Assembly (NCBI GenBank): GCA_038207335.1
Contig: JBBQZX010000031.1
Coordinates: 9,507 to 73,506 of the forward strand
Source of the DNA: Chthoniobacterales bacterium
GTDB taxonomy: Bacteria > Verrucomicrobiota > Verrucomicrobiia > Chthoniobacterales > Chthoniobacteraceae
Length of the DNA stretch: 64,000 bases
Direction of reading: 5' to 3'
This document shows positions 1 through 10,614 of the stretch, piece by piece (the stretch's first letter is position 1; every line of letters starts with the position of its first letter). Under the pieces are notes generated by a model, which did no database searches, was not told where the DNA came from, and saw only the letters and a list, made by a program, of their open reading frames with translations. Made by a program: the position numbers and the translations under genes.

Positions 1-920
1 ACGACGCTGAGACGAAAGAACAGGTCGTCGCGAAATTTCCCCTCGCTCACGAGCTTCGCCAAATCCTTGTTCGTCGCGGTCACGAGCCGCACATCGACCT
101 TGATCGACGCGTTACCGCCGACGCGCTCGAATGCCCGCTCCTCGCCGAGCACACGCAGCAGTTTCACCTGCGTCGCCATGTCGATCTCGCCGATTTCATC
201 GAGGAAAACGGTGCCGCCATTCGCCTGCTCGAAGCGTCCGATGCGCCGCTCGACCGCGCCGGTAAAAGCCCCGCGCTCATGCCCGAAAAGCTCGCTCTCC
301 AGCAGCGTCGGCGACAGCGCCGCGCAATGCACCGCGACGAATTTCTGCTTCGGCCGCCCGCTCAACGAGTGAAGCGCCTGCGCGACGAGTTCCTTGCCGG
401 TGCCACTCTCGCCCTGGATCAAAATCGTGGCCCGCGTCGGTGCCACCTGCTTGATCGTGTCGAAGACTTCCTCCATCACGCCGGACGCGCCGATGAGCCG
501 CTCGAGGCCGAATTTTTTCTCCACGACCTTCTTCAATTCGACCACCTCTTTTTCCGTGTCGCGGCTCCGCAAGGCTCGTGCAATCAGGATTTGCAGCTTG
601 TCGATGTTGATCGGCTTCGGGACGAAATCGTATGCCCCGCGCTTCATTGCCTCGACCGCGGCATCGACCGATCCGTAGGCCGTCATCATCATCACGATCG
701 GCGGATGCGGCAGCGCGAGCACGCGGTCGATGAGCTTCATCCCGTCCTCGCCGCCGAGTCGCAGATCTGTGAGCACCAGGTCGATCGTGTCGGCTTCGAG
801 GGTGTTCAGCGCGCCCTGAATGTCCGCCGCGACATACACCTCAAAGTCGTCCTCGAGCGACGCGCGCAGACCCTCGCGGGTGTGCTTTTCGTCATCGACG
901 ATGAGGATGGTCGGGTTCAT
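1..920 (-). CDS. Sigma-54-dependent response regulator (NtrC/AtoC family), 3' end runs off the window
   Basis: Translated by hand (not in ORF track): [18 protein letters not shown] receiver domain with LTDLRL, Walker [31 protein letters not shown]. Confidence 0.93.
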   Translation of the reverse strand, partial: MNPTILIVDDEKHTREGLRASLEDDFEVYVAADIQGALNTLEADTIDLVLTDLRLGGEDGMKLIDRVLALPHPPIVMMMTAYGSVDAAVEAMKRGAYDFVPKPINIDKLQILIARALRSRDTEKEVVELKKVVEKKFGLERLIGASGVMEEVFDTIKQVAPTRATILIQGESGTGKELVAQALHSLSGRPKQKFVAVHCAALSPTLLESELFGHERGAFTGAVERRIGRFEQANGGTVFLDEIGEIDMATQVKLLRVLGEERAFERVGGNASIKVDVRLVTATNKDLAKLVSEGKFRDDLFFRLSV

Positions 921-974
921 TCGCGGGAAATCGGGAGCGTTGTCAGTAGTGGCGCTCCCGCGCCTTTGCAAGGC

Positions 975-1481
<507 letters not shown>

Positions 1482-1527
1482 TTACACATCCCGCCCCTTT
1501 CCACACTCAAATCGACCGACGCCGCAC

Positions 1528-1893
1528 ATGAACAAGCTCATCGCAAACATCCAGCAGGAACAAATGAAGAAGGACGTCACGTCCTTCAATGTCGGCGACA
1601 GCGTCCGAGTCCACACGATCGTGAAGGAGGGCGAAAAAGAGCGCGTCCAGATTTTCACTGGCATCGTGATCGGCCGGAAGGGCACGCTTTTGAACGCATC
1701 ATTCACCGTGCGCCGCATCTCATACGGTGAAGGCGTCGAGCGCGTGTTTCCGATCCATTCGCCGCGTATTTCTAAAATCGAAGTCGAGACTGCCGGCACG
1801 GCGCGCCGCGCGAAGCTCAACTATCTCCGCAACCGCAAAGGCAAGTCGGCGATGGCGGTGCGCGAGAAAGTCACGGTCAAGGCGACCAAGTAA
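1528..1893 (+). CDS. rplS: 50S ribosomal protein L19
   Basis: FNVGDSVRVH, KERVQIFTG, FTVRRISYGEGVERVFP, RRAKLNYLR; ATG at 1528 chosen over the longer ORF start. Confidence 0.96.
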   Translation: MNKLIANIQQEQMKKDVTSFNVGDSVRVHTIVKEGEKERVQIFTGIVIGRKGTLLNASFTVRRISYGEGVERVFPIHSPRISKIEVETAGTARRAKLNYLRNRKGKSAMAVREKVTVKATK

Positions 1894-1924
1894 CCGTCTG
1901 CCGCGGGGCGTTTTTCGTTCCGAA

Positions 1925-2545
1925 ATGCGTTGCAGTCTGCGCCACGAAAAAGCGTTGCGCGCGACCGGCTGCAAAGTTATCGCGGGGATCGATGAAGCTG
2001 GGCGCGGCCCGCTCGCCGGACCGGTCGTAGCGGCGATCGTCATCCTGCCAGAGAAATTTCGGCACGGCACGCTGCGCGACTCGAAGCAACTCTCCCACAA
2101 ACAGCGAGAGGAGATATTCGCCGAACTCACCGCGCGTCCGAACATCGCGTGGGCTGCGGAAGTCGTGGAGGTCGAGGAAATCGACCGAATCAACATCCTG
2201 CGCGCGACTCACGAGGCCATGCGTCGCGTGCTGCGAAAGCTCCTCTCGCCGCCGGAGCACGTGCTCATCGACGGTCTCCCCGTCCCGCATTTCCCGCTGC
2301 CGCACACCGCGCTGGTCGATGGCGATTGCCTCAGCTACAGCATCGCTGCAGCGAGCGTCGTCGCGAAAGTGACGCGCGACCGGATCATGGTCGAAATGGA
2401 CGCGCGCCATCCCGGCTACGAATTTTCCCAGCACAAAGGATATGGAACGAAGCTTCACCTCGAACGGCTAAAAACGCATGGACCCAGTCCGATTCATCGC
2501 CGCACTTTTCTCCCGGTGGCGCAGGCGCTTCTCGACTTCGCCTGA
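1925..2545 (+). CDS. rnhB: Ribonuclease HII
   Basis: GIDEAGRGPLAGPVVAA, DSKQL, SIAAASVVAKVTRD, HKGYGT. Confidence 0.95.
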   Translation: MRCSLRHEKALRATGCKVIAGIDEAGRGPLAGPVVAAIVILPEKFRHGTLRDSKQLSHKQREEIFAELTARPNIAWAAEVVEVEEIDRINILRATHEAMRRVLRKLLSPPEHVLIDGLPVPHFPLPHTALVDGDCLSYSIAAASVVAKVTRDRIMVEMDARHPGYEFSQHKGYGTKLHLERLKTHGPSPIHRRTFLPVAQALLDFA

Positions 2546-2939
2546 GCCCGGCGAAAACCCCGAGCGCTGGCTCGGTCGCCGTGGCGAAGACCTCGCCGCG
2601 CGGCACCTGCGGAAGAGCGGCTACAAAATTTTGCGTCGTAACTTCCGCGCACCGCGCGGCGGCGAGGTGGACATTGTCTGCCGCGACAAAACGTGCGACA
2701 CGCTCGTGTTCATCGAAGTGAAAACGCGCCGAAGTGCCGAGCACAGCGCGCCTGCCGAAGCCGTTAATCTCGCAAAGCAAAAGCTCATCGCTCGCGGCGC
2801 GCTGGCATGGCTGCGAATGCTCGACAACCCCGACATCCTGCTTCGGTTCGACATTGTTGAAGTCGTCATCGCAGACAAAACGCCCGTCTTCAACATCCTC
2901 CGCAACGCCTTCCCTCTCCCAGAGCCGCTGATTTATTAG
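2478..2939 (+). CDS. yraN: YraN family (UPF0102) nuclease-like protein
   Basis: LGRRGEDLAARHL, GEVDIV, LVFIEVKTR, RFDIVEV; usual position after rnhB; start uncertain. Confidence 0.88.
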   Translation: MDPVRFIAALFSRWRRRFSTSPEPGENPERWLGRRGEDLAARHLRKSGYKILRRNFRAPRGGEVDIVCRDKTCDTLVFIEVKTRRSAEHSAPAEAVNLAKQKLIARGALAWLRMLDNPDILLRFDIVEVVIADKTPVFNILRNAFPLPEPLIY

Positions 2940-2972
2940 GCAGCTCAAGTTTACGTCTTGAGCTGCCGGCGT

Positions 2973-5102
2973 TTATTTGGGCCGCGGCTCGACTTTCAGG
3001 CTCACGGCGCGCTGTTTTCTCAGACGCTCTTTTCGAGGGCGTTTCGATTCGCCGAGCGCGAGAGCCATGAATTCGTTCTGACTGTTACGCGGCGTGCTTT
3101 TTGCAATCGGCGGAATCGAGTAAGTGCCGTCCGCGGCGAGCAGTGACGACTTGGTGTTGTCGGCGAGCTGCGCCGCGAGGAGTTGATTTACAATGCGGTC
3201 GCGCAGCGCGGGATCATCGACGGGCGTGACCACCTCGACGCGCCGGAAAAAATTGCGCGGCATCCAATCCGCGCTACCGATGAAGACTTTCGGCTGTCCG
3301 CCGTTTTCAAAATAGACGATTCGCGCGTGCTCGAGGAAACGCCCGATGATCGAGCGCACCGTGATATTCTCGCTCACGCCCGGCATCTGCGGGCGCAGGC
3401 AGCAGACGCCGCGGACGATGAGGTCGATCTTCACGCCCGCCTGGGAGGCGCGATACAGCCCCTCGATCACCTCCCGATCGACGAGCGAATTCATCTTCGC
3501 GATGATCCGCGCCGGTTGTCCGCGCGTCGCGGCAGCGGTTTCTTTTTCGATCAGCGACATCATCGCCTCGTGAACCGTGAAAGGCGCGATGAGCAGCTTT
3601 CGCGCACCTTGAAATTCGCAGATGCCGGTCAGGAGATTGAAGAGATTCGTCGCGTCTTCGCCGTAGTCCGGCTGCGTGGTGAAGAGGCTCAGGTCGGAGT
3701 AAATGCGCGCGGTGCTCGGGTTGTAATTGCCTGTGCCGATGTGGATGTACCGGCGCAAGCCGTCGTCGTCGCGCCGCACGACGAGCGTGATTTTTGCATG
3801 AACTTTGTGGTTCACGATCCCATAGACGACGTGCACGCCAGCCTCCTCGAGCTTGCGCGCCCACTGGATGTTGTTCGCCTCGTCGAAACGAGCCTTCAGC
3901 TCCGTCACGGCGGTTACCTGCTTGCCGTTGCTCACGGCCTTCATCAGCGCGCCGACGATGCGCGGATCGCCGCCGGTGCGGTAGAGCGTCTGCTTGATCG
4001 CGAGCACATTCGGGTCGCGCGCAGCGAGCTCGAGAAAATCGACGACGCTGGCGTAAGTCTCATACGGGTGATGCAGCAGCACGTCCCGCTGGCGCATGAG
4101 GCCGAATAAATCCGTCGAGTCTCGCAGCACTGCGGCGACCGGCGCGACGTATGGCTTGTCCCGCAGTTCCGGCGAATGGTCGCCCTCGTAAATCGCCATC
4201 AGCCGGATCGGATTCAACGGACCGTCGATGATGTAAAGATCGTCCTCCGACAGCTCCAGCGTCTCGAGCAGCGACTGGTAAATCTCCGGCGGGCAGGTGT
4301 CATCGACCTCGAGCCGCACCGCCGCGCCGCGACGGCGATTGTGCAGCTCTTGCTCGACCGCGCTGAGCAGATTCCCCACGTCCTCTTCGTCGATATAAAG
4401 CTCGCTGTTCCGCGTCACGCGAAAGTGCCACCAGCCCAGAATTTTCGTCCCTGGGAAAAGATCGCCGAGGAAATGCCCGACGATGTGCCCCATGAAAACG
4501 TAATCGAGTTCCGTCTCCTCACGCGGGAGCTTCACGAGCCGCGGCAGCACACGCGGCACCTGCACCACCGCGAGCCGCCGCTGCATCTCGCCGTTCCGCT
4601 CGATCTCAAGCTGCACGACGATGTTCAGCGATTTGTTCAGAAGCTGTGGAAAAGGGTGCGACGGGTCGATGCCGAGCGGCGTCAGGACCGGGCGGGCTTG
4701 GGCTCGGTAATATTTTTCCACCCACTCGCTGTCGGCTTTTCCCAATTTCGCGACATCGAGAAAACGAATTCCATGCTTTGCGAGCGCCGGGACGAGATCC
4801 TCGCGCCAGCAGCGAAATTGCTGATCGACCATCTCGCGCACGCGCTTCCGCAACGCGCGAAAAGTCTCCGTCGCCGTGCGCCCATCCATGCTCCGCTCGA
4901 CCACGTCGCTCTCGATCTGCTGCTTGATCCCCGCAACACGGACTTCAAAAAACTCGTCGAGGTTCGAGCTCGCGATCGTGAAGAATTTCACGCGTTCCAA
5001 CAGCGGATTCGCGGCGTTCAGCGCCTCGTTCAAAACGCGCTGATTGAACTCCAGCCAGCTCAGCTCGCGGCTGATGAAATGCTGTGCGGAGAATATCTTC
5101 AT
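2973..5102 (-). CDS. ppk1: Polyphosphate kinase 1
   Basis: RELSWLEFNQRVL, SNLDEFFEVRVAG, LLHHPYE, IKQTLYRT, ELKARFDEANNI, GRFLEH, SADWMPRNF. Confidence 0.96.
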   Translation of the reverse strand: MKIFSAQHFISRELSWLEFNQRVLNEALNAANPLLERVKFFTIASSNLDEFFEVRVAGIKQQIESDVVERSMDGRTATETFRALRKRVREMVDQQFRCWREDLVPALAKHGIRFLDVAKLGKADSEWVEKYYRAQARPVLTPLGIDPSHPFPQLLNKSLNIVVQLEIERNGEMQRRLAVVQVPRVLPRLVKLPREETELDYVFMGHIVGHFLGDLFPGTKILGWWHFRVTRNSELYIDEEDVGNLLSAVEQELHNRRRGAAVRLEVDDTCPPEIYQSLLETLELSEDDLYIIDGPLNPIRLMAIYEGDHSPELRDKPYVAPVAAVLRDSTDLFGLMRQRDVLLHHPYETYASVVDFLELAARDPNVLAIKQTLYRTGGDPRIVGALMKAVSNGKQVTAVTELKARFDEANNIQWARKLEEAGVHVVYGIVNHKVHAKITLVVRRDDDGLRRYIHIGTGNYNPSTARIYSDLSLFTTQPDYGEDATNLFNLLTGICEFQGARKLLIAPFTVHEAMMSLIEKETAAATRGQPARIIAKMNSLVDREVIEGLYRASQAGVKIDLIVRGVCCLRPQMPGVSENITVRSIIGRFLEHARIVYFENGGQPKVFIGSADWMPRNFFRRVEVVTPVDDPALRDRIVNQLLAAQLADNTKSSLLAADGTYSIPPIAKSTPRNSQNEFMALALGESKRPRKERLRKQRAVSLKVEPRPK

Positions 5103-5233
5103 TCCCCTGAAACGTATCCCCCGCCCCGCCCGCGCGCCAAGCTGCAATCGGCATCCGCAGCCGATCGCGGGAAAAGAGAGGGCGGACCCGCGCGGGCCCG
5201 CCCTCTCCCACCACCACATGAAAATCTTTCGCG

Positions 5234-5890
5234 CTACCGTATCACCGGCGAGCTGTGGACGCCGTATTTATGCGGGTCTGTGCTCATCGCCATCATCACA
5301 CGCTCTGCTGCATTGCGGAAGTCGAACGGCTCCGAACGGCCCAGACCCGGGGAGTAAATGGAGCCATCATGCCCACTGCCACGGCTGCCGCCGACGAGAT
5401 CGAACTCATAAATCACGCGACCTTTTTGCCCGAGTTTGTTCGCGTCCTTATCCGTGGAGACGTAGCCGCCACCGACTTTCGAGATCACCACATGGATCGC
5501 GACGTTCGACTTGCCGAACCCGAATTTGTCGAGCGGAACCACGCCACGCTCGTTCGGATGCCCGCCATCGACCACATCGAGCGAACCCTCCACGAGCCAG
5601 CCGACGGTCGGCACCTCATTATGTTCGATCACGCGCGACGGTGCGAGTCGCTCCAGCTCCTGCTTCAAATCATCCGCAAATTCCCGCCCCGCCAAAGATT
5701 GCCGGATTGGGCGCTCGCCGATCCCGCCGCGATGATTGCCGACATACTGCGTCGCGCCGACATCGAACGGACGAATGTAGATTGCTTCAGGGTTTGCAGC
5801 ACCGCTGGCGACTTGCGTATCGGAGACATGCACCCCGGCACAGGAAGTGAGGAGAAGCGTGGCGCTGAGCGAGAAAATGAGGTTCTTCAT
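5234..5890 (-). CDS. Lipoprotein of unknown function (DUF4410-like)
   Basis: Signal peptide with lipobox LTSC; IYIRPF..., WLVEG..., family call from recall only. Confidence 0.6.
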   Translation of the reverse strand: MKNLIFSLSATLLLTSCAGVHVSDTQVASGAANPEAIYIRPFDVGATQYVGNHRGGIGERPIRQSLAGREFADDLKQELERLAPSRVIEHNEVPTVGWLVEGSLDVVDGGHPNERGVVPLDKFGFGKSNVAIHVVISKVGGGYVSTDKDANKLGQKGRVIYEFDLVGGSRGSGHDGSIYSPGLGRSEPFDFRNAAERVMMAMSTDPHKYGVHSSPVIR

Positions 5891-5921
5891 AAGGATGTTG
5901 AGAGGATTCCCCGCTCGGAAA

Positions 5922-5937
5922 TGCAAGATGCGTGCCG
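5922..5937 (-). promoter_or_regulatory. Putative sigma-54 (-24/-12) promoter of the lipoprotein gene
   Basis: Minus strand CGGCAC-GCATC-TTGCA matches TGGCAC-N5-TTGCW spacing, 31 nt before ATG; AT-rich tract just upstream (5943-5977). Confidence 0.65.
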
Positions 5938-6037
5938 GAGGGGAATTTTGAGTTTGAAATCTTAATTTTGAATTTCAGCACTGCCCCGACCGGGCGCGCA
6001 CCTTCGTTAAGTTCAGTTAAACTCAGCGGCTTTCCAC

Positions 6038-6062
6038 GGACTGCGGCACTCTGCTGCAGTCC
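6038..6062. repeat. GC-rich hairpin (REP-like or terminator) downstream of dGTPase
   Basis: GGACTGCGGCA-CTC-TGCTGCAGTCC, 11-bp stem with one G-T pair. Confidence 0.45.
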
Positions 6063-6114
6063 ACAGGCGTGTCGGCCTTTGCGCGTGCCGCTCCCAACTG
6101 GACGATCGGCAGGC

Positions 6115-7515
6115 CTACGCTCCGACTTTCGTGCCGAGGGAGATCCCGCGGACTTTTTTGTAAAGTGTGACCGCGTAGGTATCCGTCATCCCTGAGACGA
6201 AATCCAAGATCTTGAGCAGTCGCAGATATGGGTCTTTTTCGGGGCGTCGCTTGCGGCCGAGGTTCTCGTCCGGGACAAGGAGCAGGAGCTTGTGACTGCG
6301 AGGCGATGCCCCTTTTCGCTCCGCCGCGACGTCGTTCAGGGCCGAGACGAAAATATCGAGCAAGCCGCCGAGCACCTCAAATCCAGCAGCCTCGATTTCC
6401 ACGCCGCGCGCGGTCGAATAAATAGTGTCGATCGAGCGCTTTTGAATCTTCCCCCAAGCCTTCGATCGAGCGCCCGCGTCGATCAACGGCTGATCGAATG
6501 TCCCATCGAGCAGCCCCGACTCATTCGCGAGAAATGCATCCGCAGCATCGTCGATCGCGGCACCGATCGTCGTCGCGCGGAGGATTTGCACGCGCCGAAC
6601 ATCGCTGTGTGCGCGCTTCATCGATCGGGCGGGATATTTGTCCACCGGCATGAGCGCCGAGAATGCCTCGCGGACTTCTTTGTAGCGCAGATGGCCGGTG
6701 CGAAAGCCGTCCTCGAAATCGACGAGACGATAACAAATGTCGTCCGCCGCCTCGACCAGAAACGCGAGCGGATGCCTCGACCACCACGCCACATCGAGCG
6801 ACCGGGAGAGGAGCCCGCAATGCTCCGCCACGCTGGCGAAGTGCTCACGCTCGCTTTGGAAAATGCCGAATTTTTTCCCACTGGCACCGCTATAGCCGGG
6901 ATCGATGATCCTGCCTACAGCAGGCGGGATCGTAACACCGAGCACCGACTCACGCGGGTATTTTGTGAATGCGCCGAGCGTCGCGTGCGTGAGTTGCAGG
7001 CCGCCTTCGTTGTCCGGCATTTGCAGGCGCGTGAGCAACCGGAAGCCCTGCGCATTTCCCTCGTATTGCCCTACATCGGCACGCTGCGCAGCCGTGAAAT
7101 CCTCCGCCGCACGCGCCGCGTGTAGCGATGTCTTGAACCAATGCCGGATCGCATCTTCGCCAGAGTGCCCGAACGGCGGGTTCCCGAGATCATGTGCCAG
7201 CGCGGCTGCGGAAACGATTTCGCCGAAATCGGAGCCGTGAATTCGGTCGAGTCCATTTCGCTCCACAAGCGCCGCGCCGACTCGCGCTCCGAGCGAACGC
7301 CCGACGCTTGCGACCTCCAGCGAATGCGTGAGCCGCGTGCGGACGTAGTCGTTATCCGCGAGCGGAAAGACCTGCGTCTTGTCCTGCAGCCGGCGAAACG
7401 CGGTGGTAAATGTAATTCGATCCGAGTCGCGTCGGAACTCCGACCGCGCTGCGTCGAGCGCCCCGCGTTTGGTCTTCCCGAGCCGGTCGGCGCAGAGGAG
7501 TTGCTGCCATTTCAT
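6115..7515 (-). CDS. dgt: Deoxyguanosinetriphosphate triphosphohydrolase (HD family)
   Basis: FRRLQDKTQVFP, RTRLTHSLEV, AHDLGNPPFGHSGE, EAADDICY, DFVSGMTD; alternative start 7581. Confidence 0.93.
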   Translation of the reverse strand: MKWQQLLCADRLGKTKRGALDAARSEFRRDSDRITFTTAFRRLQDKTQVFPLADNDYVRTRLTHSLEVASVGRSLGARVGAALVERNGLDRIHGSDFGEIVSAAALAHDLGNPPFGHSGEDAIRHWFKTSLHAARAAEDFTAAQRADVGQYEGNAQGFRLLTRLQMPDNEGGLQLTHATLGAFTKYPRESVLGVTIPPAVGRIIDPGYSGASGKKFGIFQSEREHFASVAEHCGLLSRSLDVAWWSRHPLAFLVEAADDICYRLVDFEDGFRTGHLRYKEVREAFSALMPVDKYPARSMKRAHSDVRRVQILRATTIGAAIDDAADAFLANESGLLDGTFDQPLIDAGARSKAWGKIQKRSIDTIYSTARGVEIEAAGFEVLGGLLDIFVSALNDVAAERKGASPRSHKLLLLVPDENLGRKRRPEKDPYLRLLKILDFVSGMTDTYAVTLYKKVRGISLGTKVGA

Positions 7516-7702
7516 GCTCTCTCGCTTTTGCTGGAAACCGGTGTCGTTCGCCGCGGCGTGAAGGGTCGTCGGAGAATTCATTTTTTCGGAACGCAGGCGC
7601 GGGCGATGTGCTTCCGAGCATCTTCAAGTACGCGTTTTCGCGCAACTGCGTTCGAGGATTTCGTGCCGCCCGAAGACTGCGGCGCACTCATCAGTGGGGC
7701 GT

Positions 7703-10381
7703 TCAGCGGCGGCGGCGCAGGGCCAGGAAGCCGAAACCGGCGAGCAGGGAGAGCGCAGTTGCAGGCTCGGGGATCGGGACGATTTCTCCAACGGCACCGA
7801 CGTATTGCGCACCGGTGATGTCGCCGGCACCGAACGGCGCGGTCCAGGTGATTCCGGCGAGTTGCGCAGCGGAGAGGCCGAGCGAATTGCTTCCAAAAAA
7901 GAGTTGGTCGGTGCCGCCGCCGGTCGCGTTACCGCTCCAGTTGGCGATCGTGAGCGTTCCGGTCCAGCCGCTGAAAAATGCGCTACTGTCGGCGAGGTGC
8001 AGCACGCTCGCGCCCGTGCCGAGATCGATCGTGGAAGTCGTGCCCGCGACGGCGGTGAGCGCGCCGAGAGTGTCGCTGAAGCCCAGCGTTTCAAAGTGCC
8101 CGTTGTTCAGCGAAAGCGTCGCGGCGTCGTTCACGACATCCGACGCGCCGAGCCGGAATGCGGTCGCCGCGCTGCCATTCACCGCGACCGCCGATGTGGC
8201 GGAGAGCGCGCCAGACGCAGTGATCGCCCCGCCATTCACGGTAGTTGCGCCGGTGTATGCCGCCGGTGTCGAAAATGTCGCCGTTCCGCTGCCATGCTTC
8301 GTGAAATTGATCGCTCCGGTGATCGCTCCGGAAAATGTGCTGCCGCCATTTCCCAAGCCGATGGTCAGCGTGCGGAGCGTGCCGGTCGAATTCACGATCG
8401 CGCCCGATGCCGTCACGCCGTTCACGGTGAAATCCGAGTTCAAATCGAGCGTCCCAGCCGAGTTCACGACGAGCGGTTTACTGGTTTGCGCGCCGTTGTT
8501 GAGCAGCAGCGTCCCGCCGTTCACGACGAAGCCATTGAACGATGTCGTGGTCGCCTGATAGGTCGTGCGTCCGGGGCCGTTGATCGAGATTGTGCCGGCA
8601 TTTGGCGCGTTCACTGGCCCAGCGATCGTGATGTCGCCCGAGCCCGAGATCGAGATGTCGCCGCGAAAGGTACTCGTGAGGTTGCCGTTGAGCGAGGAGC
8701 TGATCGTGACGCCCGCAGTGTTCGATGAGATCAGCGTGAGATCGGTGACGCCGCCGAGCGTCGCCGCGAGCGTGCCGCCTGTCGTCGTGATTGCGCTGTC
8801 GCCGGTGAAAAGGATGCCGCCATTCGCGATCAGATTTCCTGTGCTAAAAGTCACGTCGGTCGGTGCGCCCGTGGCGTCGATCTGCAGGCTCTGGAGCTGC
8901 TGTGGCGTGAGCGTCGCGCCGGGCGTGGAGGAGATGCGCGAGTTGTCCGTCGTAGCCGCCACGGCGTAGGCGGCTTGTTCAGCGGCGGTCAAAAGTCGCA
9001 CGCCGTTTGTCGCGTCATACGTCACGAACCCCGTGCCATTTCCTCCGACCGCGGTGTCGCCGATCGCGCCTTTGATAATGCCGACGCCCGGAGTGCCCGC
9101 CGCGCCCGCGCCCGCGAGGGTCGGCGCCGTTGTGCCGAAGCGGATGTTCGCCACATTCGCCGTGCCGGGTGCCGCGGAGCCTAGCGCGGTGCCGCGAAAA
9201 AGCGCCACACCGTTATTCGTCGTGCCGCGTGTGAACGTCCCAAAATTCAAATCCGCCGAAGCGCCCGCAGCCGGCTGCGCAGTAATTTTCGTGAGCCCGG
9301 TGCCCTGCACGTAACTCGTGAATGTCTGCGCATTCGTCGCACCCGTCCCGCCTTTGAAAACGAACTCCGCCACCCCGCCGATCGTGAATCCGCCATTCGT
9401 CCCGCTGGTCGAAACCGTCGCCGCGCTGCGGTCGAAAATCAGCGCCCCGCGGCTCACCGTCGTCGTGCCGGTGTAGGTCAGGAGAGAAGCGGCCGCGTTC
9501 ACGCCGTCGAGAGTCTGCGTGCCGCTGCCGATTTTCGCAAAGCCCGTCGCGCTCGTGGCGCCAGTTCCGAAGTTATTCCCGATGCTACCCGAATACGTCG
9601 TCGATGTATTCAGGCCGCCTGTGGTCAGCGTCGCATTAGTGCCGCCTGAACTGCTGTTCGTGCCGATCGACGCGCCGCTGCCGCCTGCCAGCGAGCCGAT
9701 CGTCTGGTTCGTGCCGCCGCCGGTTCCGTTAGATAGAAGCAGTTGACCGTTCACGGTCACCGCGGAGGTCGCCGGGAGAGAATTGGTCGTGATGATTCGC
9801 AGCACCGTCCCCGCGCCGACCGTCGTAGCACCGGTATAGGTATTGGCGCCGCCGAGCAGGATAGAGCGGTTTGTGCTGAGACTCGTCAGCAGGTCGCCCG
9901 CGCCCGAAATACCGCCGCTGACTTGAAATGAATTCGAGGCGTGGTTGTTGATGAGTTCCAGTTTCCCATTCCCGCCGATGACGATCGGCGCTGTGATGAC
10001 ATCCGTAGCCCCAGCCGCCGCGTGCATGATCTGACCGTTCGTCGCGCCATTGTCAAAAATCAGCGAGCCGCCCGTGCCTGCGGCGATCGTATAGACACTC
10101 GGGGAAGTCGGGTCGCCGATGTTCAGAACGCCGATGCGGATTTGCTGATCGAGTGTGATCGTCTGCGCGCCGGTGATGTTCGCCGTCACGTTTGCGACAT
10201 CGCTGGTGGCATTCGGAAAAGCGGGACCGCCGCTCCAGCTGCCAGCGACATTCCACGCGTTTGTGCCGGCGCCGAGGCTCGGCGGATTCCATGTGAAAGT
10301 GTCCGCTTGGGCGGTGATCGCAGCCATGCCGAAGACGGCGGCGCAAGCTGCGGTGAGGCGGGAGCGGGAATTTGCTTTCAT
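7703..10381 (-). CDS. PEP-CTERM surface protein with autotransporter-associated beta-strand repeats
   Basis: Signal peptide ending AQA, repeated (N)TYTG.TTV..G.L and K.GSGT..L units, C-terminal IPEP + TM + RRRR. Confidence 0.9.
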   Translation of the reverse strand: MKANSRSRLTAACAAVFGMAAITAQADTFTWNPPSLGAGTNAWNVAGSWSGGPAFPNATSDVANVTANITGAQTITLDQQIRIGVLNIGDPTSPSVYTIAAGTGGSLIFDNGATNGQIMHAAAGATDVITAPIVIGGNGKLELINNHASNSFQVSGGISGAGDLLTSLSTNRSILLGGANTYTGATTVGAGTVLRIITTNSLPATSAVTVNGQLLLSNGTGGGTNQTIGSLAGGSGASIGTNSSSGGTNATLTTGGLNTSTTYSGSIGNNFGTGATSATGFAKIGSGTQTLDGVNAAASLLTYTGTTTVSRGALIFDRSAATVSTSGTNGGFTIGGVAEFVFKGGTGATNAQTFTSYVQGTGLTKITAQPAAGASADLNFGTFTRGTTNNGVALFRGTALGSAAPGTANVANIRFGTTAPTLAGAGAAGTPGVGIIKGAIGDTAVGGNGTGFVTYDATNGVRLLTAAEQAAYAVAATTDNSRISSTPGATLTPQQLQSLQIDATGAPTDVTFSTGNLIANGGILFTGDSAITTTGGTLAATLGGVTDLTLISSNTAGVTISSSLNGNLTSTFRGDISISGSGDITIAGPVNAPNAGTISINGPGRTTYQATTTSFNGFVVNGGTLLLNNGAQTSKPLVVNSAGTLDLNSDFTVNGVTASGAIVNSTGTLRTLTIGLGNGGSTFSGAITGAINFTKHGSGTATFSTPAAYTGATTVNGGAITASGALSATSAVAVNGSAATAFRLGASDVVNDAATLSLNNGHFETLGFSDTLGALTAVAGTTSTIDLGTGASVLHLADSSAFFSGWTGTLTIANWSGNATGGGTDQLFFGSNSLGLSAAQLAGITWTAPFGAGDITGAQYVGAVGEIVPIPEPATALSLLAGFGFLALRRRR

Positions 10382-10493
10382 AAAGATCGGCGAGCGTTTG
10401 CGCGAATGCAGCGCGACCGTAAAAGCGCGCGACGGATGTTCAAACGGTTTTAGGTAGATTCTGAGCGACTTCTCGAGTGGGAAGCCCCGCAAA

Positions 10494-10570
10494 GGTGGAG
10501 CACGCGACCCGCGTGCCGTTTGCGGCAACCCGGCGCAAACGCCCGACACCGCGCGCAACAACCCGGCGCA
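10494..10570. repeat. Double-hairpin REP-like intergenic element
   Basis: GCACGCG-ACC-CGCGTGC (10500-10516) and GTTTGCG-N9-CGCAAAC (10518-10540); CAACCCGGCGCA repeated at 10526 and 10559. Confidence 0.55.
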
Positions 10571-10614
10571 CTTTTCAAAATCCTCAAATCCGATTCCCGC
10601 GATACCGTAACCAC

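Noticed and set aside
6115..7515. dGTPase as an anti-phage nucleotide-depletion system
   Set aside because: Sits among housekeeping genes with host-like codon usage and no defence neighbours; the ordinary Dgt role is the simpler reading
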